Notes under the pieces: generated by a model
What the model was told of the DNA's origin: nothing
The model's database searches: none
What the model saw: the letters and a program-made list of their open reading frames with translations, nothing else
Made by a program: the position numbers and the translations under genes
Shown: piece by piece, positions 24,301 to 39,300 of the stretch
Layout of the letters: each line of letters begins with the position of its first letter
How positions within the stretch are numbered: position 1 is the stretch's first letter
From: Phoronis australis
Lineage: Eukaryota; Animalia; Phoronida
DNA length: 64,000 bases
Assembly (NCBI GenBank): GCA_002633005.1
Contig: NMRA01000402.1
Coordinates: forward strand, 146,138-210,137
Reading direction: 5' to 3'

Positions 24301-27300
24301 AGTCAAGAAACATGTATTTTACTCTGCCTTCGATTATACTATGGTTTGCACAGATGGGTGTCTAGTTCAATTCGTTTGCACTTGATGACTCGTAGATTCG
24401 AGCCTCAAACTCGAGTTCAAATCGAATTCAGACTTGGAACCTTAGACGAACCAATAGCATAAAGCTGAGGTCACCATGTACAAAATACGATATTTAGAGA
24501 TTCACTCATGCAAACTATAATAGTCTCTAGCACAGAACAATAAACAGTTAGGTCGAGTTCGTAGTTTTAAGTACAACGAAAACTGTAAACAAAGTTTCGA
24601 GTTCGATTTTGAGTAGAAAGGTATGACCCTGGTACCCCAAGTGATTCTCAGATGAACAATAACAAAGTTTTGGAGCGTATCAAATTACTGCCTATGGTTT
24701 GCATGTGCGAAAATTAACATTACATGCACAAGGCATTTCTTAATACAATGTATCTCTGATCTAGCTAGGAAAGGTCTGGCCCCTTGAAACTCAACATTAG
24801 AGAGGACGAAACGATCAAAAAAAGGGGAACTGGTGCAAATCATTCCACATGGCCAGTTTGATTCTGAATTATAATTATAGGATTTTCGTATTTTACCGTA
24901 TAACCGCGCAATTGAGTGCATGTGCCTACATGCGGGACATTTGAGTGGGAACTGAGAGTTATTCAATCGGCAATCGAGGCTGAGCGCTTTCTTGAAAATA
25001 AAGCCATCAGTTTTAAAACGGTATCATTTTAAAGTCTGACCGTTACTCTAAATTTTTTTATTTCAACCAAATTGTCACTGACGCCAGTGGCGGATTTAGT
25101 GGGGGGGCAAGGGGGCCATGCCCCCCTAAAGTTCTCCCAGATTCCATCTGGTAGTTCGGGGTTGCGATTGTCTAACGCCCAAAATCCTGGCTAATACTCT
25201 GCCTTGCCCCAAAATTTCAAATCCTTCAAACGCCCCTGAACGCCATACTCTTTGTGAAATAAAATGGTTCGGTAGTGTATTTTTTAAACATCTAGGTGCA
25301 CTTAATTGCAGGACTTAGGTGTTTGCGCCTATACACGGGACATTTGCGGAAAAACGCATTGCGCTGCATAGAGGCGCAAGCGCTTATTTTCGGGGTTATG
25401 CGGTAACCGGACATGTGAATTTGTGCAATGTCTGTCTTTTAGCACCCAGCTTGTGACAAGACAGAGATAATCGTCTGAATCGTCATCACGTTTTGAAGTC
25501 AGTCAATGTAAACAATTGTTTTCGTTATAAAAGTAAGTACTAATAAAATTGTTGAAAATCAGTTTATCGTACATTTTTACATTCCAGCGTTCGCCTGACA
25601 GTTTATACATATCGTCTCAAGTTTCCAAGTGACGGAAGTGTTACCTCGCTTACAATACCCGGCAATGTAGTGGTTCAGAAGGAACTCGACAAACGCATCA
25701 CCCAACACGTCATTTATACTGGTGTGAAAGTCACACTGTACAAATATCACTACAAGTTCACCATTAATGGAACTGCGGCGGAGAACGAATTGCCTGATAT
25801 CACACGAGCCATAAAGGATGCGTGGTTGACAATATTTCCAGGTATATGTATGTTAAAATTGTTCGAAATAAAATTAAAATAACACTGCCAGAAAATGTGT
25901 TGCTCCCATTAAGCCTACTTTACGTGTTGTGGATTTTATCAGCCGATTTGACTAGATTTTTCAAAATAGTTATATACTCTTTACTACAGTTAAAATATAT
26001 GGATATTTCCTTTTTAATACCCGTTTCATATACATGTCAAATGTTTCGTCTTAATTCTAGGAATATTTCGTGTAACTATTTTACATCCGTACATAGATAA
26101 GAGTCTGTAGTAGAGGGAGTCAAGAGACCTACTTTGTTGAAAATTACGTTTTGTATTAGATGTGCGCTTACTACATTTGTTCGATGATATGGGACTAGAT
26201 TTGGATACTTTTCTTTCAGCAAATCTGACTGTCGAGGCGGCTCGAGTTGATTACTCAAATAGGTTTGTTATTTTTTGCATATTTATTTTGAATTCACTTA
26301 ATGGGTGTATACAGTTATCGTATTTCTAATCCACTGCATGTTTTGACTGTTTTATTGCTGGAAACATGAACGTTTCGTGCATGGATGTACGCAATAACGT
26401 CATTCACATTCAACACAGAGACATGCAGATATTTGTTAATGAAAGATAAACGTTACATTATTTCCAGAACGAACACAACTGACGTCACTTACTTTGTACG
26501 TGTTAACGCTACGTTAATTGATCCCAAAGATGTCTCTGCGCCCACAATTAAGTACCAAAGGTCTGTCGCTTCAACCGTCATCACAGCGTCATATGCCACC
26601 ACCACAAGCAGTCAGGGATTAACCACTACGGGTAGTTCCATTAACACAACTGTTCAACAGGTTACTGCAACTCCAAAAACCATAGACGTATTCTTGCAGA
26701 CGACGAGCGCTTTGAAAACGCCATCCAATCCACCAAATAGCCAATCACCGGTCAACTCAACCCTGACCCCCACAACTGTCACAACACCAGCGAAGCCCAG
26801 CTACGTAACTGGACAAGTAAAGATCAACATAATACACTGGCCGGTGAAGCACTCACTGTTACTGCTAACTCGTTCACTTCTCTCGGCATGGGTTACACAC
26901 AACGGCCAACTTGATAACGACACGTCGACAATCATTATAGAGAATACGAACCGGGCTTTAGGAGATGGTGGGTAGGTATATCTCTCAACAACTGATATTT
27001 TATTGTAACGGATTTAGGGTGTCGTAATGAAGGTGAGCCAACCACAAATTTTAACGGAAAATTTGATAGTTCTTAAAAACGGCTAGTCTGTGGCTATTTT
27101 CGATCATGTCCGTAAGGCCCGGTGATGTTTCAATGGAAACGGTCCCCCGGGAGTCTCTAAACGCTTTTATGCGGTGCCATGAAGTTCCTGATATGCAACG
27201 CAGTTATAGTATAAAATAAATCGCGTGCATGTACATGTAAGTGGTGCCTCTTTAACTTTTTACCGCAGAACAAGCAAAAGTAACTTTTGGAGCTGCGGCT

Positions 27301-30300
27301 TGATCCCGAAATTGTACTCGAAATACCTTTTCACGTTTTCGTCCTGCGTTTTTTGATACGAACTCAAGAGAAAAGTCTTTTATTCTGCCCTCGTTCATAC
27401 CATGATTTACTCAGATAGGTGTCTAGTTAAAGTTTGCACTTGATGACTCGTAGCTTCGAGCTATAACCTCGAGTTCAAACTCGAGATTTCGTGTGTAGCC
27501 TCGGAAATAAAAGCTTTAATGCTGGGGTTATCAAATGCAAAAAGGAGTAGATATCCAGTAACATAAACTATAATACACTCGAACACAGAATAATGTTGAC
27601 TTCGTACTGAAGCAGATCGGACAACGTCAACATGTTTCGATTTCAAATTGAGTACTTAGGTTAGACTATGAGCGATGATTTCACTTCCACAGGAAAAATG
27701 CCAAAACTTTGGAACCAAGAAAATTAATGTGTGTGTGCTTTATATGTACGAAAACTGACATTCGTGACGATAAACATCACGAACTGCAATGCCTACGACT
27801 AAACTAATTAGTGTCAACATTCTTGATAATGGCAAATTATCATATATATATTCTGTATTTTTTATATTCCAGCGTTCGCCTGACAGTTTACACTTATCGT
27901 CTCAAGTTTCCAAGTGATGGGAGTGTTACCTCGCTTAGAGTACCCAACAATGAAGTGGTTCAGAAGGAATTCGACAAACTCATCACGAGACACGTCATTT
28001 ATACTGGTGTAAAGGTCACACTGTACAAATATCACTACAAGTTCACCATTAATGGAACTGTGACGGAGAACGAATTGCCTGATATCACACGAGCAATAAA
28101 GGATGCATGGTTGACGATATTTCCAGGTATGTATGTTAAAATTGTTCAAAATAAATAATAACTCCGCCTGTAAAATGTGCGGCTTCTTTTAAGCCTACTT
28201 TGCGTGTTGTGGATTTTAACAGCGGGCTTGACTAGATTTTTCATACTAGCTACACACTTTTTACATTTTAATACCCGTTTTATATACAAGTCAAGACTGT
28301 CGTCTAAATTTTAGGGATATTTTGTTTATATATTTTGCACCTAACTATGACCCCGTAATAGAGGGAGTCCAAAGACATTTGTACTTTTTGGAAAATTATG
28401 GATTCTAATGGGTGTGTGCTACATGTAACTACACTTGTTCGATGTTATGAGACTAGCTTTGGATATTTTTCTTCCAGCAAATCTGACTGTTGATACGGCA
28501 CGGGTTGATTACTCAAACAGGTTTGTTTTCTTTTGCATTTTCGTTTTATATATACAAATTAGGTGCATTAAATCTTTTTAATGTATTATTAATCCACTGA
28601 GTGTCTTGACTACTTCATAACTGGAAATTCGAACGTGTAGTGCATGAATGTACATGTACGCAATAGCGTCATTCACATTCAACAAAGAGATATTCAGATA
28701 TTTAATACTGAACGATAAACGTTGCATTATTTCCAGAACGAGCACAACTGAGGTCATTTACTTTGTACGTGTTAACGGTACCTTAATTGATCCCAAAGAT
28801 GTCTCTGCGCCCACAATTAAGTACCAAAGGTCTGTCGCTTCAACCGTCAACACGGCGTCATATGCCACCATCACAAGCAGCCAAGGATTAACCACCACGG
28901 GCATTTCCATGAAGATAACTGTTCAACAGGCGACCACAACTCCAAAAACCATAGACGTATTCTTGCAGACGACGAGTGCTTTAAAAACGCCATCCAACCC
29001 ACCAAATAGCCAATCACCGGTCAACTCAACTCTGACCCCCACCACTGTCACAACACCAGGGAAGCCCAGCTACGTAACTGGACGAGTAAAGATCAACATA
29101 ATACACTGGCCTGTGAAGCACTCACTTTCACTGCTAACTCGTTCACTTCTCTCGGCATGGGTTACACACAACAGCCAACTTGATAACGTCACGTCCACAA
29201 TCATTATAGAGAACACGGATCGGGCTTTAGGAGATGGTGGGTAGGTATATCCCTCAATAACTGAGATTTTGCACAATGGATTTAGGGTCTCGTAAGGAAG
29301 GTGGGCCCACAATTTTTTAAAGGAAGAATTGGGTAGTTCATAAAACCGGCCTGCCGATTGCCTTTTTCGATCATAGCCCTTAAGGCCGGAGAAGAGTCAA
29401 TGGAAGTGGTCCCCTCAGTGTCCCTAAACGCGCCTATGCGGTGCTGTGAAGTTGCTGAATATGCAACGCTGTTATAATATGAAATAAATCGTGTGCATGT
29501 AAATGGTGCCTCTTTTCCGTTTTGTGCCAAAACAAGCAATTCTAACTTCTGGAAATGCGGTTTCATTTGGAAATTGTACTCGAAATTATTTTTCATATTT
29601 TGTGTCCTAAACTTTTAATAGAACTCAAGAGAGGTGTCTTTTATTGTAGCCTCGTGTATACTATGGTTTACTCAGATACATGTAGGTGTGTAGTTCAAGT
29701 TTGCACTTGATGACTCGTACATTCGAGCTGTAAACTCGAGTTTAAACTAGTGATTTTGTGTGTAGCTTCGGAAACAAAAGCTCTAATGCTGGGGTCATCA
29801 AGTGCAAAATGAGATTACATATACACTCACGTGAACTATAATACACTCGAATACAGAGTGATGGACAGTAATGTTGAATTCGTACTGAAGTAGATCGGAA
29901 AACGCCAGCATATTTCGATTTGGATTTTGAGTAAAGCAGACTATAGGCGAAGATTTCACTCCAGGCGAAAAACGCCAAAGCTTTGGAACGAAGAAAAATA
30001 CTGTGTGCGCGTTACAAGTACGAAAACTAACATTACTTTCTTGACCCTAGATATCACGCACAGCAATACCAACGATTAAAATTAAGTTGTGTTCACATTT
30101 TTGATAATCACGATTTATCATATATATTATGAATTTTTTATACTCCAGCGTTCGCCTAACAGTTTATTCATATCGGCTCAAGTTTCCAAGCGACGGAAGT
30201 GTTACCTCGCTTAAAATACCCGGCAATGAAGTGATCCAGAAGGAACTCGACAAACGCATCACGCGACACGTCATTTATACTGGTGTTAAGGTCATACTGT

Positions 30301-33300
30301 ACAAATATCACTACAAGTTCACCATTAATGGAACTGTGGTAGATAACGAATTGCCTGATATCACACGAGCCATAAAGGATGCATGGTTGACGATATTTCC
30401 AGGTTCGTGCATGTTAAAATTGTTCAAAATAAATAATAACACCGCCCTTAAAATGTACTGCTTAGAGTAACCCTACTTTGCGTGTTGAGGATTTAACAAC
30501 CCATTTGAGTAGCCATATATTTTATACTGCTTTCAAAATATTTTCCTTTTTAACACCCGTTTCCTATACAAGTCAAATGTTTCGTCTAAATTGTAGGAAT
30601 ATTACGTCTAAATGTTTTACATCTGCGCCTAGCTAAGACCCCGTAATAGAGGGAGTCAAGAAACATATGTACGTTGCTGAAAATTACGTTTGTAATGGGT
30701 GTTTACTAACTACACTTGCTCCATATTATGGGACTAGCTTTGGATATTTTTCTTTCAGTAAATCTGACTGTTGATACGGCACGGGTTGATTACTTAAACA
30801 GGTTTGTTTTTTGCATTTTTGTTTTGATACACGTATTGCTTGTATACAATTATCGTATTTCTAATCAAATGTATGTCTTTAAAAACTTATCGCTGGGAAT
30901 AAGAACTTGTAGTGCATGGATGTACGCAAAAACGTCATTTCCAGTCAACACACAGATATCCAGATATTTATTACTGAAAGATAAACGTTACATTATTTCC
31001 AGAACGAACTCAACTGATGTCATTTATTTTGTACGTGTTAACGGTACCTTAATTGACCCCAAAGATGTCTCTGCGCCCACAATTAAGTACCAAAGGTCTG
31101 TCGCTTCAACCGTCACCACAGCGTCATATGCAACCACAACAAGCAGGCAAGGATTAACTACTACGGGTAGTTTCGTTAATATAACTGTTCAACAGGCGAC
31201 CACTTCTCCAAAAACCATAGACGTGTTTTTGCAGACGACGAGCGTTTTGAGAACATCATCCAACCCACCAAATAGCCAATCACCTGTCAACTCAACTCTG
31301 ACCCCCACAACTATCACAGCATCAGTGAAACCCAGCTACGTAACTGGACAAGTAAACATCAACATAATACATTGGCCGGTGAAGCACTCACTTTCACTGC
31401 TAACTCGTTCACTTCTCTCGGCATGGGTTGCACAGAACGGCCAACTTGATAACGACACGTCGACAATCATTATAGAGAACACGGGGCTGGCTCTAGGAGA
31501 TAATGGGTAGGTATATCACTCATAAATGAGACCTTACACCGGCGTACTCTCCAACAAAGATTAATAGACCGTCCAGATACAATGGTTTCTTGCCCTGTAT
31601 GGGCGTAACTCGTGTTATTGCTCATTGTATTTTTCCTAATAAACATTAAAATTATGTAGACAGTAATATCGAGTTCCTACTGAAGTAGAACGGAAATTGA
31701 CAATATTTTTCGTGTTTTTTTTAGTAAAGACCCTGGGCGACGAAGTGAAGAAATCATTCGCACGTGAAAATACCAAAGCTTTGAAACGAACCAAATTATT
31801 GACAATGACTTACATGAACAAAATTAACATATAAATTTGAATTGATAAATATCACTTACAGCAGAGCGTGCGAAGAAAATAGATACTGCAGTGTTTAAAT
31901 ATTCTTGAAAATAAGCATTTACCATATATTAATATTTTTAAATTCCAGCGTTCGCCTGACAGTTTATACATATCGTCTCAAGTTTCCAAGTGACGGAAGT
32001 GTTACCTCGCTTACAGTGCCCGGTGATGTAGTGATTCAGAAGGAATTCGACAAACACATCGTGCGCCACGTCATTTATACTGGTGTAAAAGTTACACTGT
32101 ACAAATATCACTACAAGTTGATCATTAATGGAACTGTAACGGAGAACGATGTACCTGATATCGCTATCGCCATGAAGAATGCGTGGTTGACAATATTTCC
32201 AGGTATTTCTAAGGTTGCACCGTCGAATTATAGTTAGTTGGTAAATAAAATACATTTCTGCTTCTTACTTTGTTGTCTTGAAAAAAACTGCTGTTATATT
32301 AACAATGCGACACAATGTCCACATTTGATTTTAAAGTAAATTTATCGCCATTCATCCTGGACCAGAGACATATGTAAGCAATATCTAGGTGTGCATGTAG
32401 TTATATGGTGTACCGTGCATCCAACACGCTTTTGAAGAATTTGTGCATTTATGGCTTGTGTTTCAGATAACCTGACCATTGATGTTGCACGAAACGACAC
32501 AATTTTTGAAGTGACAAAGTAAGTTTTTAGTAATTAGTTTCAACGTTCTTGGGAATTATTTCGCATGATCTTCACTGATAGTATCGACCACAGCAATGTT
32601 ATATGTAGCTCTTTAACAATGCGCAGACGGCTACAAACCACATTGGCATTATTTAAGCAAATCGAGTCATTAATTCAGGCAATGTTCTTTTCAGAATCGA
32701 GTACACACGCTTGACTTACTTTGTTCGCGTCAACGCTTCGCTAATAGACCCGGAAGTTGTCCCTCCACCTCTAGTTCTGTGTGAGAAGCTTCAAAAACTT
32801 GGGCTTATTCTACGCCAATGTGCAAAATCATCGGATATGACAACGTTGTCGCCCGGTTTCTCCACAACTGACTTCGCGTCTACCGACCGTACGATGACCT
32901 CTACCAACAGAACCTCTGTTGACACCACCGTGGCCACATTGCTCTCCACGACGACGCCTGTAAAATCTTACGTTACCCGCGACGTCACAGTTACCCTTTT
33001 TAAGTGGAAAGCAGATCACACGATACAATTAATAAAGACGGCTCTTGCCGCCGCATGGGAAAAGTCGGGCCTTCAGCTGTCCACCAAAAACGTTTCCGTC
33101 ATTATGCAAAGTGTGGAAAATGCTTTAGGCGACTATGGGTAAGGGTTTCTCACTTCACGTGATTATATTGTTTTTCTCTACCGATTATAGATTTTGATAG
33201 TGCACATCAATTTTCTTCGTCATGCCAGAGAGTGCTGATTCTCAGCCACACAATTTCTAGATTTTTTGTAACACATAGGTATTCCCGAAAAATGTTCCAG

Positions 33301-36300
33301 ATCAACCACACTGTGTTTTGTGCAAATACCTGGTAGTTCGATTATCACTCTAATGGTAGAAGTTGCAGAGAAACTGGGGGAAATTAAGACAACAACATTC
33401 TAATTTGGAGCATCTGCACTTTAGTTAATAATAACCACCCAGTAGTCGATGCTTAGCATAACAGCAACTCGCCAAATGGGACCTGGCAAAATTCCTAGAT
33501 CGTCAAGAAAGAACTGAGGTCGACAAATCAAGGAAACTTTGTATGGGCTGTTGCGGGTGTCCGGCTTATCCCTGCAAACGTACCGTGGACTCAGTAATGT
33601 TCAGGCAGGGCACCCAAGATCTCGCAGACGGCATTTTTAGTCGAATGGCAAATTGAGAGTATGTCACTTGTTCAGCAACAACCAATTTCGGGCAAAATAC
33701 CCCGCACAGGTTTACTACTAAAAAGATTCGTGAACTGGTTCTTCCGTATTTTACCGAATGATTCCAACTGATGTCTTTCTAAAATACTTTGATTCGTTCT
33801 CGAATGTGGGCTTGGCCAAGAAATTGAGTACAAAAATACTGTTGAGAATGTAAATACAGTTTATAGCATTTCACACTTACTTGCAGACGGAAAAACAGCA
33901 ACCTGTAAGTCATAATTCCTTAAAACTTTTTCAGTGTTTACGTTTCGATTTTTACCTATCGGATCACGTTCTCGAGCGCAGAACCAGTGACGTCACTCAC
34001 CATTCCATCAACAGTACAAGTTCAAACAGAGCTCGACAGGTTCACCAAAGGTGCAAAGATCTACACTGGAATCAAGCTGACACTCTACAAATTCCATTAC
34101 AAACTGGATGTTCTCAAAAAGACAGTCGGGTCACAGATAAAGAACATTTCAGACATCATATACAAGGCATGGTTAACTAAATATCCAGGTAATTTACTAT
34201 TTGGGTAGTGAATTAACACCGGTAGACTGGTGCGCTTAGTTTGTATTTACATTCAAAAATTTCTCAGCGATCAAGGATGGCTGAAATAGCAGAAAATAAA
34301 CGATATCAGCGACCTCTGGATTCCACCAAAAGCACTGTAATGCTATGATCACTATTACGATTATCGCTTCACTGTTTCTTCTTGTGTAATACATGTACGA
34401 CATAAAATCTTCCGTCTGAACAAATTTTAGCAGTAGAGTGTTTCCATGTGGGCACTTTTTGTTCCAGTCAACCTAACCATTGACGTCGCCAGAATTGACG
34501 ACATGATTGATAACAAAAAGTAAGTACAATTTGCAAACTCCAGACCATAGCTTTACGTAGCATGTCTCCGAACTGAACAACAAAATAATTAACTGTTTGT
34601 GTACAAAGATTTGTATTTCGCCGGAAACATCTTAGTGAACTGTTGTCGCATGAGCCAACGCCTCAAGTAACGGGTAATGCGTACATTTTCCTTTATCGAA
34701 TCTGCAGTTTTATGGTTGGCCAGCCCAATAAGCTCTGGATTGATTTCTTCGGTCATTTATGGTTTCGATGTTTTTGTTGGTAACTAGAATAGAAACCTAT
34801 CATGGCAAGGAATAACATGAGAGTCAAAGTTCTAATTTGGTTTTTGTTTTAGCCAGCTACAGAGGTTGGAATGCAGCCTTAACTCATTTGGGTACATATA
34901 CGTTTATAGGTATAGCTGTCAATTCAACTTAATGGCTGACTAACTGCATACCAAGTCCTTATACTGTGATCTGCTTGCTGTAGAAAAGGATATGGAAGGT
35001 CGTTTATGAGTTTCTCCACTAGCTACAAACGTGTCGTTTTACGCATTTTTACGGATTGTCTTTATCTAATTTTTTAAAAAAATAAATAGATACCTAGAGA
35101 AAGTTGCATTAAATTTACTGGAAGAACCGTAGCAGTTTCCGCGGAATTCCATTTGTGGTGAATGTGTTAAATTGGACCGATTTGTTAACCTTTTCTGTCC
35201 AATACTTTGAAGCACAGCCGATGCAGAACGCCAAGCATCCTTACTTTGTACCTTTCAGTGTTTCTTCCGTTCGCATAATTTACTTCGTGAGAGTTAACGG
35301 TTTGTTGATCGACCCCACACATGTGCCGCCTCCGCCCATACTTTTCAAGAAGTTGCAAGAACTGGGTATAAAGGTGATTAACGCAACCAACTCTACAATG
35401 GTCTCGACAACACCGAAAACCACGCCCTCTACAGTCTTTACACCAAACACTACCAATGTGGTTGCTGGATCAACACTTCCGGTAAAAACCATTGGGATCT
35501 TTACTCAAAAACACAGCACACGGTCACCAACTCAGAACACCATGTCTCCGTCACTGACAACCGACTCACTTGCCAACCAATCGACTTCACCAGCGGCCGG
35601 GAATCAAAAGACTTTCATAACTCACGAATTAACTGTTAACCTCTTCAAATGGAGAATTGACCTCTCTGTGGAATCCGTAAAGAAGGCGCTTGTTGCTGCG
35701 TGGGTGAGCTCCAATAATAACATGATGATCAACAGTACTACATTGGTGGTTAAACACACAGAAGATGCACTGGGTGATAATGGGTAAGAAGTTAACATAA
35801 CACATGAGCTACTAAAATTTCTCACACAGACTCCAAGATTTAAAGGAAGTACATATATTTTTAATTGATGCCGTTTTAGTCCATGCAACAATTGCACGGA
35901 TAACAATTTGCCAAATTGGAAACGCAATAGTAGTGGCCTATGCTTTCCTGCAATGTTTAAGGATTAGTTGAGAGCGTGCTTCTGACTTCAATATAAATTT
36001 ACTCACAGATACAACTCAATAGATCTATGCATATGTATATTGGCGAATACAGGCTTTGAAAGGAGACGTCACGCTTCATTCGTTGAAAGGTACATTCTTA
36101 GTGGGATATTTTAACGGTCGTCTTATCATACGCTGAATCTTCTTGTGTTATGCAATTACCGAGTCTTGCGAAGTAAGAACACGCGTATACCTGCGCCAAT
36201 TTCCTAATGCTACAGTGTTTTGTTATTTCAGGGTGCACGTTACCGTATTCACTTACCAAGTGAAAGTTGTTAGCCGCACCGTCCTCACTTCAGCAGTACT

Positions 36301-39300
36301 ACCCAACCACTATCAGATCCAGAAGAAACTTGACAGACACATTCCATCGGAATGCATCTACACGGGTCTGAACTTAACGCTGTACAAGTACCACTATGAG
36401 CTTGACATCAAAGGAAGACTTGGTGTGGATGCTGTCGGAAACATCTCTGATATTCTGCTGAACGCGTGGGTGACAGAATATCCACGGTTTTGTAAGTTGT
36501 TTGAATGTGCAGTAAATATCAACGATAATATTGATAATGTTATCGACTCTACCGTAATTTTCAAAGAAACGACAAAATTTCGTTAAGAGGTGCCAGTTCC
36601 TGTAAATTTAAAGCCAAAAATAATTGTGAAAATGGCTCAAGTTAAATGTAAATCGTTGTTAGTGTAGGTAGGTGACATTTGCTAAAGTCAAGGAAGCAAC
36701 TGTTGCATTAAGACCGTGAAGATAGCGAGTAACGGTCACGATAACAAGGAGTCGATGAACGAGGCAGTTGGAAGATGGTTCGATACCTCGGTCTGCAGTA
36801 TATCTCATAATGTTTCCATTACAGCTAACCTTGTCACCGAAATTCCTCGAATTGACCAGATGGTAAATGGAGACAAGTAAGGCTTTCGTACTACACATTA
36901 GGACATATAAGTCTGTTGCGTTAACATGTGGAACTGTAATTTGAACACGGGGAAGTGCTTTCATTGAATTGAGCTGTCGTTTTTGGTAATGGAGGCGAGT
37001 TGCGAAATTCATCTCGGATGCGTTTTTTGGTATTTTTGTTGAAGTCCAGACTAAATAATGAATGCCCTATACTTGACTACCCAAAATCATGGGGGGAATG
37101 ATACGCAAATACAACAAAACTTATTATTTTTGGAATTGTCCTTAATCTCTTGCTAAACTATGTGTTCACGGGAATCTACGTACCGTGACCAGGTTTTCAA
37201 CACATACTCCCCTTCGCCCCACAGCTTTCTGAAATTCCAGACACGTTTGTTTTGCCTATTAGACATGTCTCATATATGTGTTGATCCCTAAAACAACCAA
37301 ATGAAAACTTAATAAACAGCCAGCATGTCAATAGTCTTTTGATGCATTTAAGGTTGCTGTTTGTTGTTTTTTTAATCAAAGAAACTACCGTGTTATTTAT
37401 GCTGCCTGAGGAACACCGTGAAGGTTACTTTCATGAAATTCTATAACAATCTTAGTAAATAAGACGTGTTTTCTTTACCACTGTTAATAAGCGGATGCTT
37501 ATTCGTGCCTTGACAACTCTAACAGTTACTAAGCTTTGTCCATATGGAAGGTTGGAACCTAAGGCTTTGATGTTGTGAACTTGCTATTGGGGTGTGTACA
37601 AAAGGTAAAAAGGTCGGTTTACCAAATTTTGATAGAACCAGTACATCTCAGACGCCTCGTAATCCCTAAGGTTTGAGCAATGCGTAAACGCATTCTTCAA
37701 CATAGACAACTACGGCATAATATGTAAAAACAGGCCTACAATGGCTTAATATTGGCATCATTTTTTATATGGCTAAATGAGACTAAAGTCGAACTGAGTT
37801 TAACGGCACTTCTTTCAGAACTGAGTTCAGCCGCTTCATCTATTTTGTACGTGCCAACGGTACACTTCTGGATCCGAAAGCTGTGCCGCCACCACAGATA
37901 TTATTCGAGAAACTTCTAAAGAAAGGATTTCAAATAGCAAATGCAACAAATCCTCAAATGAAACGTCAACCAACCACCACGACCTCCAATATCACTGATG
38001 TCACCACTGTTTCTGGCATCTTGACCACAGTTTCGAAGCCAACAGTTGACCCCAACGCGACATTGAAAACTGTCAAGCTCGTAACGCATCAACCGTATAC
38101 GTCAACTACCGTAGCGTTTTCAACCAAAAAGGACACACGCATATTTACGACAGGAGAACTGAAATTGACGCTCTTGCACTTCAAGATACACCACGAGGAA
38201 AAGATGATTGTAAAGTCATTACTTAATGCATGGCTTCACATCAACAGTGCCTACACAGGTGGATTTTCTGTTGTCATTAAACGCTTGGACGACGCCCTGG
38301 GTGACAACGGGTAAGATACGTAAACTTACATTCTTGACATTTTCATGTAGCAATTCTGCCAAATATTCAATTTTCAGATCGCTTGATGGAGGATTTCGTA
38401 TTAGGAGTCTGGAGGGAGCCGGGTAGAAAATCACACAGCAACCTAGTCCCGTAATATTTGTAACCTGGTTACTCTTTAGTATTTGAACTTCAAAATAACG
38501 TGTCTATTCTCAGAGTTCAAACTTCTTGTAGCACCTTGCAGTACATCTACTAACTAAGTGTGTACATGTAATTGCTCTCTATGAGAGACAGTTCAGTGAG
38601 CTCATTATACACGACATGATTTCTGGTTAACGTTACAGTGTGAAAATATCTGTCTTCACCTATCACGTGCGAATTCAAAGCGTGAGAGTTATCACGTCAC
38701 TGAAACTACCAAGATCTCAACTAATTCAGGAGGGTCTGAACATCAATACAAAAGACAGTGTCATATACAAGGGAAACAAAGTCACATTGTACAAATATCA
38801 TTACAAGCTTGATTTCAAAAGTAACGTAAAAGAAGCCAAGAACATCACTGATATTCTACGTAGCAGCTGGATGACGCTGTATCCTAGTAAGTGCAAGAAA
38901 ACATTAGTCACTGTCAAGCTGCAACCACGAAATATTCGTGGGGATCAGTGAGTTAACTTGTGCCACCTTACGGTTTCGCAGCTCCTAGCTATTTTAAATG
39001 TTAAGGCCCTGTCCATTGCAATTCCCACATTTCGCCACAATTTTCGAACTACCCCCGGTCGGCTCAGCTTTCGAGGGGCCCCTGTAGTGATAACGACTTG
39101 TCAAGTGCCCATGTGTCGACGGAACAGGCACCCTCTTTCGTGCCATCATGAACTAAGCCTTTAATTTGCTGTAGTTTTTTCGCTTAATGCATTGTCCTCC
39201 TCCCGGTCGCCACAAAATTTAACACCCCTTTTGAAGATGGGGCCACAGTTTTCACGAGGACTCAAGCTGTAACACTTTGAGGTTAATGGATAGTCTGGCA

